From positions 1 through 49,044 of the IMG/VR virus record IMGVR_UViG_3300014656_000040: a stretch of 49,044 bases of DNA. One strand, 5' to 3'. The position numbers were made by a program, and so were the translations under genes. Shown here piece by piece: positions 16,632 through 26,055 of this stretch (positions within the stretch are counted from its first letter, which is position 1; each line of letters opens with the position of its first letter). This DNA is from a virus (taxonomy: Duplodnaviria; Caudoviricetes). The notes beneath the pieces were generated by a model. The model did not search any database and was not told where the DNA came from. It worked only from the letters and a program-made list of their open reading frames with translations.

Positions 16632-16655
16632 CCCGGAAGCATCTACGATGAGTGT

Positions 16656-16928
16656 ATGCCAGCGAAAGGGCTCAAGCACATCCCGGTGCTTCAGAACCAG
16701 CATCTCCAGTGGATTCACCATCGGATTGTTGCTGCCGTTAACGCATGGCAGATGGGAACTCTCGCGCCGCGTGACTTCCTCAGTCCCGACGTGGAAGTCG
16801 CCATTCGAGCGATGGCGACGAGCCGAGGAATCGACCCGGATTGGTTCATCGGCGCGCTGTATTCCTACAGCATCATCATTGACGAGGCCCTGGAGGAGCA
16901 GTACAAACAACTCGTCCTGAGCGGCTGA
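16656..16928 (+). CDS. Hypothetical protein
   Basis: 90 aa, globular composition, weak RBS. Confidence 0.5.
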   Translation: MPAKGLKHIPVLQNQHLQWIHHRIVAAVNAWQMGTLAPRDFLSPDVEVAIRAMATSRGIDPDWFIGALYSYSIIIDEALEEQYKQLVLSG

Positions 16929-17061
16929 ACGACCCGCCGGGGCGGTGGTGATGACGACAGAAAGGGCCGGCGCGAACGCGACAGAGGTATTTCTCCTTCT
17001 TCCTCCTCCAACCGTTCCATCGGACAGCGCCGGCCCGCCTTTTCGCGCGAATGGAATCAGC

Positions 17062-18399
17062 ATGGCAGCGGCAAAGCAGAAGAAACAGGCGCACAAGATT
17101 CACGAATCCATCGTGCGCCTGGCGGTGCCAATCGACGCACTGAAGCTGGACCCGCGCAACTCCAGGCTCCACGATGAGCGCAACCTGGAGGCGATCGCGA
17201 AGTCGCTCGATGAGTTCGGCCAGGATCAACCGCTAGTGGTGCGTAAGGAAAACGGCGTCGTCATCAAGGGCAATGGTCGCCTGGAGGCAGCGAAGAAACT
17301 CGGGTGGACCCACCTCGCAGCGCTCCATGTCACCGACGACGAGGCGCGCGCCATTGCGCGATCCATCGCCGACAACCGCAGTGCCGAGTTGGCGGCGTGG
17401 GACACGAAGACCCTTGCCGAAGAGCTGGATAAGCTGCGCGCTGACGGACTTCTGGACGTTTCCGGATTCGATCAGAGCGACTTCGATGCGCTATGGTCAC
17501 AGCTACAGCCGGAGCAACTCGTCAGCGATGACGGCGCGGGAGATGTTCCGGTCGAGCCGGTCACGCAGCGCGGCGACCTGTGGTTACTCGGCAAGCACCG
17601 GCTGCTCTGCGGGGATTCCACGAACCAAGAAGATGTAAAGCGAGTAATGATTGGCAAGCGTGCAGGACTGATGAACACGGACCCTCCGTATGGTGTCTCG
17701 TACGCGAATGACGAGCGTCCGAATCCGGGCGTTCAGAAGCCGCGCGTTCAGAACGACGAGTTTAAGGACGAGGATCTACAGCGATTCTTAGAGGCCGCGT
17801 TCGAAGCAGCAAAGCGCGAAGCGCTCGCTGATAATGCTGTATGGTACTTATGGCATGGAAACTTGACACAGAACATTTACGACGCAGCAACAGCCGCCGC
17901 CGATGTCGTTCTTCACCGGCAAATTATCTGGGTGAAGCCGGTCCTCCTACTCGGCCGAGGTCAGTACCACTGGAAGCACGAACCGTGTTTCATGGGATGG
18001 GTCAAGGGGAAGCAGCCACCGGACTACGGCCTTGGCAACGGCGAGCGTACACAGACGACGGTGTGGGAGTTGGACGGTGTCGGCAACGCTGAGCGACGCG
18101 AGTTCAACCACAGCACCCCGAAACCCGTCGAGCTATTCAACATCCCCATCAAGAAACACCTCCGCCGCGGTGAGGTTGCCTACGAGCCATTCGCTGGGTC
18201 TGGACCACAGTACATCGCGGCTGAGCAGGCTGGGTGCCGATGCTTCGGTCTTGAGATCGAACCTCGTTACGTCGACGTCATCGTCCGTCGCTGGGAGCGC
18301 GCCACCGGCAAGTCAGCCACCATCGAAGGCACGTCCAAGTTGTTCTCCCAGGTCACAAAAGACCGCGGCGTGAAGATTCCAGAACACGCTAAGGCTTGA
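17062..18399 (+). CDS. ParB-N-terminal domain + N6-adenine DNA methyltransferase
   Basis: ParB-like DPRNSRLH...EFGQDQPLVV...GNGRLEAA...IADN. MTase motifs HRLLCGDST, TDPPY, HSTPKP, EPFAGSG. Start uncertain. Confidence 0.9.
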   Translation: MAAAKQKKQAHKIHESIVRLAVPIDALKLDPRNSRLHDERNLEAIAKSLDEFGQDQPLVVRKENGVVIKGNGRLEAAKKLGWTHLAALHVTDDEARAIARSIADNRSAELAAWDTKTLAEELDKLRADGLLDVSGFDQSDFDALWSQLQPEQLVSDDGAGDVPVEPVTQRGDLWLLGKHRLLCGDSTNQEDVKRVMIGKRAGLMNTDPPYGVSYANDERPNPGVQKPRVQNDEFKDEDLQRFLEAAFEAAKREALADNAVWYLWHGNLTQNIYDAATAAADVVLHRQIIWVKPVLLLGRGQYHWKHEPCFMGWVKGKQPPDYGLGNGERTQTTVWELDGVGNAERREFNHSTPKPVELFNIPIKKHLRRGEVAYEPFAGSGPQYIAAEQAGCRCFGLEIEPRYVDVIVRRWERATGKSATIEGTSKLFSQVTKDRGVKIPEHAKA

Positions 18400-18425
18400 C
18401 CTAGCTCATCGGTTCCCGCTACCCT
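18396..18425 (+). promoter_or_regulatory. Putative late promoter TTGACC-N18-TACCCT
   Basis: Same architecture recurs at 24394 and 28133. Confidence 0.45.
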
Positions 18426-18471
18426 GCTCCCGGCTCGCAACCACAACCACCCACCCGTGGAGGGCGAGCAC

Positions 18472-18942
18472 ATGGCGAACTTTTGGTATAACCTGGCGAA
18501 AAAGCAGATTCTGGACGGCACCTTGGATCTGGTGAATGACTCAATCAAAGTCATGCTTTGCACCTCGTCTTACGTCGCGGATGCTGATGATGACTATGTG
18601 GATGCCGGCGGCGTGAACGACGCGGTTGATCATGAGCTGAGCGGCACCGGCTACACAGCGGGGTGGGGGAACGGGACGCCTGGAGATGGACGGCAGACCC
18701 TTGCCAGCAAGGTTTTCACAGAGGACGATACGAACAACTGGGGAAAGTTCGACGCTGCCGACCCTGCGTGGACATCTCTTGCAGCGGACTGTGGGAACGC
18801 ATCACAATTGCTCATGATCAAAGAAGGTGGCGCCGACGACACGACCTCCCTGTTGATCGCGCACTACGACTTTGCGCTCACCACCAATGGCTCCCCAGTC
18901 ACTGCGCAGATTCACGCCAACGGCCTGACGACCCTGTCGTAA
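18472..18942 (+). CDS. Virion structural protein (DLxxDxIKVxL family)
   Basis: DLVNDSIKVML...ELSGTGYTAG..TL...FDAADPAWT resembles phage minor tail/appendage proteins. Confidence 0.7.
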   Translation: MANFWYNLAKKQILDGTLDLVNDSIKVMLCTSSYVADADDDYVDAGGVNDAVDHELSGTGYTAGWGNGTPGDGRQTLASKVFTEDDTNNWGKFDAADPAWTSLAADCGNASQLLMIKEGGADDTTSLLIAHYDFALTTNGSPVTAQIHANGLTTLS

Positions 18943-18957
18943 GCTGGAGGCATACCA

Positions 18958-20229
18958 ATGCCGCTCGCTTATGACTACTTCATCAAAACGACAACCATCG
19001 TTGGGGCCGCCTCCGATTCCAATGATGGGCACGATCCCCTTGGCTGCGCTCTCGTCAATGCGAGCTACGACCACACGGGCGGCGGCTCAGGGGAGCGTCA
19101 GTTGACCGCAGCCTCCGGGACGCCGTTCGCGAACGTACAAGCTGGCGATCTTATCTGGCTGATGAATGCGGCTGGAGGAGTCGCAGCGGGCCTCTACGAG
19201 ATTGCATCCAAGATCTCCAGCACTGTCGTTCTTCTCACGGCTGATTCTGGCTTGACCTCAGACTCGACCGGGGACGTGGACTCGTCCTCGGGCCCTTGGC
19301 TGACGCCGGCAAAACTCTTCTCGACAGCAGCCGCAGGTGATCGCGTCATCATCTGTGCCGATGGCGGCGGCACAGGGAATGCATGGACATTGTCGGCTAC
19401 CATCACGCCAACTCAGGATGGTGGTACATCAGGGATTGTCTATCAAGGGGGCAACTCGCGTGGGGTGGTCGACGGAACGATGGCAAAGTTCATCCCTGAT
19501 GGGGCGCTCTTTGGGTCGATTCTGAGCTTCACCAACGACACCGACTCGCTCGCGTTCATCGACCTAGAATTTGCCGACACAATAACGGACGCGGTGAATC
19601 AGACGAGTACCGCACAATACATCACATGGATACGATGTTCATTCCACGATGCAAATGGACGTGGACTCAAGGCTGACGGCATCTACACGCAGGTTATTGA
19701 TTGCGAGTTCTACGGCAACACGACCGGGCTGTCATTGGCGAATGCGTGCCAGACGTTTCGATCGCGTATACATGATAACTCCGGCTACGGTGTCGATGCG
19801 AGTGGGAATGGAGCAATCATCAGTGGGTGTTTGATCTACGACAACGGGGCAGCAGGGATCAACTCATCGTCCAAGGCCCCCAGCATCATTGACTCCAACA
19901 CGATCTTTGGAAACACCAGTGACGGCATCTACATCTACGGCTCGGCGATCGTGAATTCGGTTCTAGGCGTCATCACCAACAACGTCATCCGCAGCAACGG
20001 TGGGTATGGCATCAACCTATCTACTACCACGCGGATGCCTCTTGTCATCGATTACAACTGCATTCATAACAACACCAGCGGGGCGACGAGTAACTGTGAG
20101 AACATGCTCGGATCTCACAACGTCTATTCAAATCCACTCTTTGTGAGTGAGACGGATGGTTCCGAGGACTTTGATCTACAGACGAGTTCGCCCTGTATCA
20201 ACGCTGGGCTCGCGGTGCCAGACAAGTAG
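18958..20229 (+). CDS. Right-handed parallel beta-helix (pectin-lyase-like) protein, possible tailspike or adhesin
   Basis: Repeated IxDNxGxGI / NxIxxNxxxGI strands and C-terminal NPLFV...DFDLQTSSPCINAG. Confidence 0.8.
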   Translation: MPLAYDYFIKTTTIVGAASDSNDGHDPLGCALVNASYDHTGGGSGERQLTAASGTPFANVQAGDLIWLMNAAGGVAAGLYEIASKISSTVVLLTADSGLTSDSTGDVDSSSGPWLTPAKLFSTAAAGDRVIICADGGGTGNAWTLSATITPTQDGGTSGIVYQGGNSRGVVDGTMAKFIPDGALFGSILSFTNDTDSLAFIDLEFADTITDAVNQTSTAQYITWIRCSFHDANGRGLKADGIYTQVIDCEFYGNTTGLSLANACQTFRSRIHDNSGYGVDASGNGAIISGCLIYDNGAAGINSSSKAPSIIDSNTIFGNTSDGIYIYGSAIVNSVLGVITNNVIRSNGGYGINLSTTTRMPLVIDYNCIHNNTSGATSNCENMLGSHNVYSNPLFVSETDGSEDFDLQTSSPCINAGLAVPDK

Positions 20230-20244
20230 GGATACAGCTACACT

Positions 20245-21432
20245 ATGCTTTCGATAGGACCACGACAGCCAGGCGGTAGGAGCATCGGCCCGCGGCAGGT
20301 GATTCCGGAGCAAGTCGTGGCTGTCGGTGTCGCGGGTCCAACGCTCACAGCGAATGCGATCACGCCGGTTCTAGGGGCGCTGTCGATTGGCTTGGGAGTC
20401 GCCGCCGTAGTCGTTGGGTCAACGAAGGTAACGCCGGTTCTTGGAACCTCGACCGTGCCGCTTGGTGTTGCGGCAGCATCAATAACAGCGAACGATATCA
20501 CCCCATCTCTCGGCGCGCTAACCTTGCCGCTTGGTGTTGCGGCAGCATCAACAACAGCGAACGATATCACCCCATCTCTCGGCGCGCTGGTGATTGATCT
20601 TGGTGTGCCCGGGTTGGTAACGACAACGAACGCGGTGACACCAGTTCCAGGGTCTATCGCGGTATCGCTCGGCGTTGCCGCTTTGGTAGCCGACGCTCCA
20701 GCAGTAACCACTGTGACTGGATCGCTCAGCATCGCCCTTGGAGTTGCCGCGCTATCCGCAACAGCAAACAGCGTAGATCCAGTGCCGTCTGGTGTAACGA
20801 TCGGCATGGATGTCGCTGCTATATCCGCAACTCTGAACGTGGTGACGCCATCTGCCGGATCTCTCGCTGTCGAGATTGGCGCGGCTTCGCTCGCGTCATC
20901 TGGGCAGGACATCACACCAGCACCAGGCTCCCTTGACATCTCTCTCGGGGTAGCCGGTCTCAGTCTTACGGCGAATGAGATTACCGTCAACCAGGGAGCG
21001 GCACAGCAGACTATCCAACTTGGCGTAGCCAGCCTGACCACCACTGCTAACGGCATGACTCCGATTCCTGGCGCGGTCTCTGTAATCCTTGGCGTGGTTG
21101 CCTTGACATCGAACGCTCCGGCAATCCAGGTCAACCCTGGATCGCTCGCAATCCAGCTCGCGACAGCAGCAGCGGTGTCTACGACAGCCAACACAATCAC
21201 CTTGAGCCTTGGAACGGCCGGAATCGCTCTCGGCGTAGCCGGGTTGAATCTCGCAGCGCTGGCAATGACTGTATCAGGCGGTGCCGAAGGCGGGATTGCG
21301 CCACCCGTCAGTCTGGCTGGAGAGGCTGTGCTGACGGAGGCGATGAGCGCCCAAGCAATCCTAGTCATGGCGCTGGAAACCGAATCTGTGCTTGCGGTCG
21401 CGCTGCGGGCCGATGTCGTAGCGCCGGCATAA
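20245..21432 (+). CDS. 23-aa repeat fibre-like virion protein
   Basis: About 14 repeats of LGVAAxxxTANxITPxxGxLxI, almost no charged residues. Confidence 0.7.
   Translation: MLSIGPRQPGGRSIGPRQVIPEQVVAVGVAGPTLTANAITPVLGALSIGLGVAAVVVGSTKVTPVLGTSTVPLGVAAASITANDITPSLGALTLPLGVAAASTTANDITPSLGALVIDLGVPGLVTTTNAVTPVPGSIAVSLGVAALVADAPAVTTVTGSLSIALGVAALSATANSVDPVPSGVTIGMDVAAISATLNVVTPSAGSLAVEIGAASLASSGQDITPAPGSLDISLGVAGLSLTANEITVNQGAAQQTIQLGVASLTTTANGMTPIPGAVSVILGVVALTSNAPAIQVNPGSLAIQLATAAAVSTTANTITLSLGTAGIALGVAGLNLAALAMTVSGGAEGGIAPPVSLAGEAVLTEAMSAQAILVMALETESVLAVALRADVVAPA
20458..20588 (+). repeat. Near-perfect 69-bp tandem duplication
   Basis: CCGCTTGGTGTTGCGGCAGCATCAA(T/C)AACAGCGAACGATATCACCCCATCTCTCGGCGCGCT at 20458 and 20527. 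Confidence 0.85.
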
Positions 21433-21508
21433 GGTGTTGAGTAAACTTGTGGCGGCGCGACGGATTTCGCGCTAAGTTGCCCAAGCGGCTCGATCCGGAG
21501 GATATGAC

Positions 21509-21880
21509 ATGGCTGTGGCAAATCAGCGGTTCACGATCTACCAGGGCAATAAGCTAACCCTGGACTTCAGTGTCGTCGATGACGAGGGCGTGGCGTTTTC
21601 CCTCGTCGGATATGGTGCCAGGTTTGCCATGTCGGAACTCGACTCCAACAACGACGCGTCGGCAACGCCGATCGTGGACAAGAACGATGACACGCCGACG
21701 GATGTTGCAATCACCGACGCAGGGGCTGGAGAGGTCTCCGTCTATTTGGTTGGTGTCGATACCGAGGACTTGATCGGAGACTATCACTTTGAACTTGAAA
21801 TCACCGATGACGCAGATGACGAGAGCATCGTCGTTGCTGAAGGCACGGTGACGGTGAAGCGAAACATCGCGAATGCGTAG
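21509..21880 (+). CDS. BppU-N-terminal-like beta-sandwich virion protein
   Basis: FTIYQGNKLTLDF...ITDAGAGEVSVYL...DT..L.GDYHFELEI...GTVTV. Confidence 0.65.
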   Translation: MAVANQRFTIYQGNKLTLDFSVVDDEGVAFSLVGYGARFAMSELDSNNDASATPIVDKNDDTPTDVAITDAGAGEVSVYLVGVDTEDLIGDYHFELEITDDADDESIVVAEGTVTVKRNIANA

Positions 21881-21909
21881 CCAGGTGATGCTCTTGATGA
21901 CGGAGGCTC

Positions 21910-22794
21910 ATGGCGGCACGAAAGAAAAAGGCGAAGGCCACCAGGAGGCCGGCGCGAACAAAGGCGCGAGATTCGGCGCAAAAAACGACGGGAAAAAGAG
22001 CATCGTATAGCGCCGTTCGTAAGCGCGCCGTGGATGGCAATGGAACATTCTTCGGCACCAGCTATAGAGACGTCGATCTTGAAACAGGGGAAAAGGAACG
22101 CGATGAACTGATCTCGCAAGGTGTCGAGATTCCCGTTGAGTGGGATGACGTGCGATTGTTCTTCGTAAGCCATCCAGAGTATTCGGCATATCGCTGTTCC
22201 GCTATCTGTCGCAAGGACTGGCGCAAGTTCTATCAGCACATGAAGGACGGCGACTGGCAGGCCGATCGTGCGAAGTACGAGGCGCAGGTTGACCGCGAGA
22301 CCATCAAGCGGCTGGCGATGAAGATGGCGGGAAAGCGGGTGAAGGGGTTTGAGAAGTACTTCGACAAGTTGGAAGCGGCGGCAGCACAAGTCATTGACCG
22401 AGCGATGAAGGATCTCGGCTCAGATGGCCCAGAGCCGTATGAGACCATCGCGTCGATGAAGGACGAGCAAGGCGGCATCCGACAGGTGAAGCAGCGACTA
22501 CGTCGGCCAAGCGGGTTCCTCCAGGATGCGATCCTCGAGCGGTACGAGGGCAAGTTCGCGCTGCTCATGGGGCTCCAGATGGGAAAGAGCGGCGCACAGA
22601 TGATGGCCAGCGCAGAAGCAAAGAAGGCGGCAGAGGCAGCAGCAGCCGATAACGATGGCGAGATCGACAAGGCCCGTCGCTCGTGGGATGCTCAGAATGC
22701 GCTATGGGCAACCGAACTCGGACAGGACTATGACCCGGACGCGCCGAACGCGGTGGGCAAGCGAACGGCGGCGGACGCAAAGAAGGACGAATGA
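21910..22794 (+). CDS. Probable terminase small subunit
   Basis: Directly upstream of terL with ATGA overlap. Basic N-terminus, helical body. Call is positional. Confidence 0.55.
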   Translation: MAARKKKAKATRRPARTKARDSAQKTTGKRASYSAVRKRAVDGNGTFFGTSYRDVDLETGEKERDELISQGVEIPVEWDDVRLFFVSHPEYSAYRCSAICRKDWRKFYQHMKDGDWQADRAKYEAQVDRETIKRLAMKMAGKRVKGFEKYFDKLEAAAAQVIDRAMKDLGSDGPEPYETIASMKDEQGGIRQVKQRLRRPSGFLQDAILERYEGKFALLMGLQMGKSGAQMMASAEAKKAAEAAAADNDGEIDKARRSWDAQNALWATELGQDYDPDAPNAVGKRTAADAKKDE

Positions 22795-24296
22795 CAACTG
22801 CGTCCGACCGCGACGAACTCGAGCGCGCGCGAAGCCTGGCGCTACGAGCCGAAGCAGCGTCGTGGTCGGATATGGGCTCCTTCTCACAGGCCGGCAATGC
22901 TCTTACAGAAACGCAGCGACTGGTCACGCCTCGATGGACGCCGCTTTTCCCGCACCCGACGCAGATAGCGTTTGCTCTTTCTCAGGCGCGTGTGAACATC
23001 TGCGTGGCCGGCCGACGATCCGGCAAAACAGAGCGGCTCAAGCGCAAGGGACATCGTCTCGCTACTGGCGCGCAGCCGTTCCCAAACATGCGGTATTTCT
23101 TCACCGCACCAACGCACAAGATGGCGAAGGACCTATACTGGCACGACCTCAAGGCGTTCACTGCTCCGTGGATGCACCGTAAGCAACCGAGCGAGACAGA
23201 TCGAACGATCTTCCTCTGGAACGGCGCGAACATCTCCTTGGTCGGTATGAACGAGCCGCAGCGCATCGAGGGCAAGGAGATCGATTGGATCGGTCTCGAC
23301 GAGGTCGGACAGATGAAGGCGACCGCGTGGCCGTATTCGGTACGCCCAGGGATCGACACGCCGGGCCGTCCAGGGAGAGCAGCCATGATTGGGAAGCCGG
23401 TGGGAAGGAACCACTGGTGGGAGTACTACAACTTTGCGATCAGCCCGGAGAGCGGCGACGAGTGGCAGGCGTTCCACTGGACATCAGAAGAGATCATGAC
23501 GCCGGAGAGAATCGCGGCAGCGAAGCGTGACCTCGACCCGCGGGCCTACGCTCAGGAGTATCTCGCGCAGTTCTTGATGCAAGAGGGGCGCGTCTATCAC
23601 GCCTTCGACCGCGAAGTTCACGCGATCGAGTCGTTGAAGTATGACCCGAACTTAGACTTGATCTGCTGCTTCGACTTCAATCGCAAACCTGGAGTGTGCG
23701 CCATCCTCCAGGAGCAGCCGTACCGCGGGACGCGGCTACATCAGGAAGGCGAGATCGTATCACGTGAGAGTTGCGTCGCACCGTGGATCACTGCCGTCAT
23801 CGACGAGGTCTTCATCAACGCAGACTGTACCACGGCGACCGTTTGTCGAGAGATCATCCGCAGGTGGGGGCGCGGTGGCCGCAATCACCAGGGCCGCGTG
23901 ATCTGCGACGGTGACCCAACGGGAGGCGCTACGACATCCCAAGCCGTCGCCGGCTCCAATTGGTCGATCGTGCGAGATGAACTCAAGACCGAGTGGTCAA
24001 CGAATGTCCGCCTCTGGCACGCGACCGGGAGTCCGAACGTAGTGGCCCGCGTCAACGCCACGAACAAGCGACTCCTCGATGCTGCGGGCGTTGTCCGGAT
24101 GCTCATCGACCCGTCGTGCGCCGCGCTCATGCGCGACCTCGAGGAGGTGTCGTGGACGAAGGGTACGAACCAAATCGACAAGCCAACGCGGGGAGAGGAG
24201 GGGCTGCTCACGCATATTTCGGACGGGTGTGGCTATTACATCCACCGTCGCTACCCGGCGTCTGGAGGCACGGCCGCGGTGCGGGAGCTGCTGTAA
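22791..24296 (+). CDS. terL: Terminase large subunit
   Basis: Walker A VAGRRSGKT, Walker B IGLDE, QEYLAQF, nuclease CFDFN and HISDGCGY. Confidence 0.93.
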   Translation: MTTASDRDELERARSLALRAEAASWSDMGSFSQAGNALTETQRLVTPRWTPLFPHPTQIAFALSQARVNICVAGRRSGKTERLKRKGHRLATGAQPFPNMRYFFTAPTHKMAKDLYWHDLKAFTAPWMHRKQPSETDRTIFLWNGANISLVGMNEPQRIEGKEIDWIGLDEVGQMKATAWPYSVRPGIDTPGRPGRAAMIGKPVGRNHWWEYYNFAISPESGDEWQAFHWTSEEIMTPERIAAAKRDLDPRAYAQEYLAQFLMQEGRVYHAFDREVHAIESLKYDPNLDLICCFDFNRKPGVCAILQEQPYRGTRLHQEGEIVSRESCVAPWITAVIDEVFINADCTTATVCREIIRRWGRGGRNHQGRVICDGDPTGGATTSQAVAGSNWSIVRDELKTEWSTNVRLWHATGSPNVVARVNATNKRLLDAAGVVRMLIDPSCAALMRDLEEVSWTKGTNQIDKPTRGEEGLLTHISDGCGYYIHRRYPASGGTAAVRELL

Positions 24297-24301
24297 GAGT
24301 T

Positions 24302-24375
24302 TGGTAGCGGGGGCGGGATTTGCACCCGCGCCTCCGGCTTATGGGGCCGGCGATCTGCTCCTGAGCTACCCCGCT
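24302..24375 (-). tRNA. Atypical tRNA-Met(CAT)-like gene with encoded CCA
   Basis: Acceptor AGCGGGG/CCCCGCT-ACCA, anticodon stem CCGGC/GCCGG with loop CCCATAA, T stem GCGGG/CCCGC with loop TGCAAAT. The D stem has a mismatch. Confidence 0.7.
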
Positions 24376-24393
24376 GCGTGGCGAGATTACCCC

Positions 24394-24423
24394 TTGACAC
24401 CACCCCGCGCAACACCCTACCCT
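24394..24423 (+). promoter_or_regulatory. Putative promoter TTGACA-N18-TACCCT upstream of portal
   Basis: Perfect -35 hexamer; same motif as at 18396. Confidence 0.5.
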
Positions 24424-24486
24424 TCCCGTGCCTGGCGGCGGTCGCGGGTGCTTCTCTGACGAGGCACACGCCTAGGGTGACCGCAC

Positions 24487-26052
24487 ATGGCAACCGACTC
24501 CCGTACCGCCGGCACTCATCCCGTAGCCGTCCGCACGGCTGATCAGGTCACGGCTCGGGAGCGCTGGAAGCACCTCACAGACCTACTCGGCGGCACCCAG
24601 AGAATGCGGGGCTCGGACTACTCCAGGGAGTGGCTCCCGAAGTGGGACGGGGAGGAGATCAGCACCTGGAACAACCGGCTCAAGCAATCGTTCCTGTATC
24701 CCGCCTTCCGGGACACGGTTGATAAGCTCTCGGGGCGCCCGTTCGCGAAGCGGCCCGTCCAGCTCATCAACGGCGATTCGCTCGACCAGCGCCTTCTCGA
24801 CATCGAGCGTAATGCCGACAAGGCGGGAAAGAACCTCACGACGTTTCTTCGGACGTGGTTCCGAACCGGGATCGTGCGCGGTCTCGCATTCAACTTGATC
24901 GACTTCCCGCGACCAGAGGGCGAGGTCAACCGCTCCGACGAGCTATACAACGGCGTGCGCCCGACATGGATCAACCTCGACCCGGATGATGTAGTCGGCA
25001 TCAGCACCGACGTTGCTCGTGCGACCGGGCAGGCCCTGATGAAGATGCTGCGCTATGAGTTTTTCCGCGACGAGCCGAGCGATGAGTTCGGGGTCGCGAA
25101 GGTGCGCCGAATCCGCGTGTGGACGGCTCCCGAGTACGACGCCTACGGCAAGCCCGCACTGGACGGTGGTGACCGGGTATCCAGGGGCACGGTCCAGGTC
25201 TGGCGTGAGGAGCAGAACGGGTGGGTTCCGGAGACCGACCCGATTGAGCACACCTACCCCGGCATTCCACTGGTGCCGTTCTACACTCAGCAGACGGGTT
25301 TCATGACCGCAGAGCCGCCACTCGAGGATCTCGGCTGGCTGAACATTGAGCATTGGCAGAGCGCCAGCGACCAGCGCTACATCCTGCGGCACGCGCGTGT
25401 CCCTAACCGCTTTGAGTTTGGCGTTGACGGCACGCGCGAAGACATTGAGACCAGCAAGCGAAAGATTGGCCCGGCGGAGGTGCTGCGGTCGATTAACCAC
25501 GAGGCCAGCGCCGGTTTTATCGAGATCCGAGGGGATGCCATCACCGCCGGTGAGCGCGATCTGGCGACCCTTGAGGAGCGCATGCAACAGCTCGGGTCGG
25601 CACCACTGGTCGAGCGCGTCAGCACTGCCACCGAGGCGAAGATCAACAAGGGCGAGAGCCAGACCGTCATGCAGTCGTGGATTCGGCTGCTTGAGTCTGC
25701 TGCGCGCGAGGCGTACCTCGTTTCTGCGCGCTGGCTGGAGCCGGGAAAGCCAGATGAGGAGCTTCTGCCGGAAGATTTCGAGGTCGACGTATTCTCCGAC
25801 TTCGCGACTCAGGACGGCGACCCAGCACAAGCCGACCTTCTGCTCAGGGCATGGGTGGCCGGTGCGATTCCTGATGAGGTATTCGTCCAGGAGTGGCGAG
25901 CACGCGGAATCCTTTCCGATAACGTGGATGTTGATGAGGTCGTGGCACTGATGAAAGAGCGCGTTGTGGACTCGATTCCGATGGTTGACACCAGCGACGA
26001 CTCAAGCGGTAACAACCAAGACGGACTCGCGGACGGCACGCAGCAGGCGTAA
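24487..26052 (+). CDS. Portal protein (DUF4055-like)
   Basis: LLGGTQRMR...WLPK..GE....W.NRL, IPLVPFY, PPLEDLGWLNIEHWQSASD. Follows terL. Confidence 0.88.
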   Translation: MATDSRTAGTHPVAVRTADQVTARERWKHLTDLLGGTQRMRGSDYSREWLPKWDGEEISTWNNRLKQSFLYPAFRDTVDKLSGRPFAKRPVQLINGDSLDQRLLDIERNADKAGKNLTTFLRTWFRTGIVRGLAFNLIDFPRPEGEVNRSDELYNGVRPTWINLDPDDVVGISTDVARATGQALMKMLRYEFFRDEPSDEFGVAKVRRIRVWTAPEYDAYGKPALDGGDRVSRGTVQVWREEQNGWVPETDPIEHTYPGIPLVPFYTQQTGFMTAEPPLEDLGWLNIEHWQSASDQRYILRHARVPNRFEFGVDGTREDIETSKRKIGPAEVLRSINHEASAGFIEIRGDAITAGERDLATLEERMQQLGSAPLVERVSTATEAKINKGESQTVMQSWIRLLESAAREAYLVSARWLEPGKPDEELLPEDFEVDVFSDFATQDGDPAQADLLLRAWVAGAIPDEVFVQEWRARGILSDNVDVDEVVALMKERVVDSIPMVDTSDDSSGNNQDGLADGTQQA

Positions 26053-26055
26053 GAC

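Noticed and set aside
16629-16655. In-frame TGA joining 16281-16631 and 16656-16928 (readthrough or recoding)
   Set aside because: A shared frame has a 1-in-3 chance, and TGA is the normal stop throughout this genome.
22791-22802. Self-target of array 2 at the terL start (ATG ACA ACT GCG), also at the 4839 gene start
   Set aside because: Only the first 4 of 23 dinucleotides match, as expected by chance for MTTA starts.
24302-24375. tRNA-like element as an attP/integration site
   Set aside because: No integrase was found, and integration here would split terL from portal.
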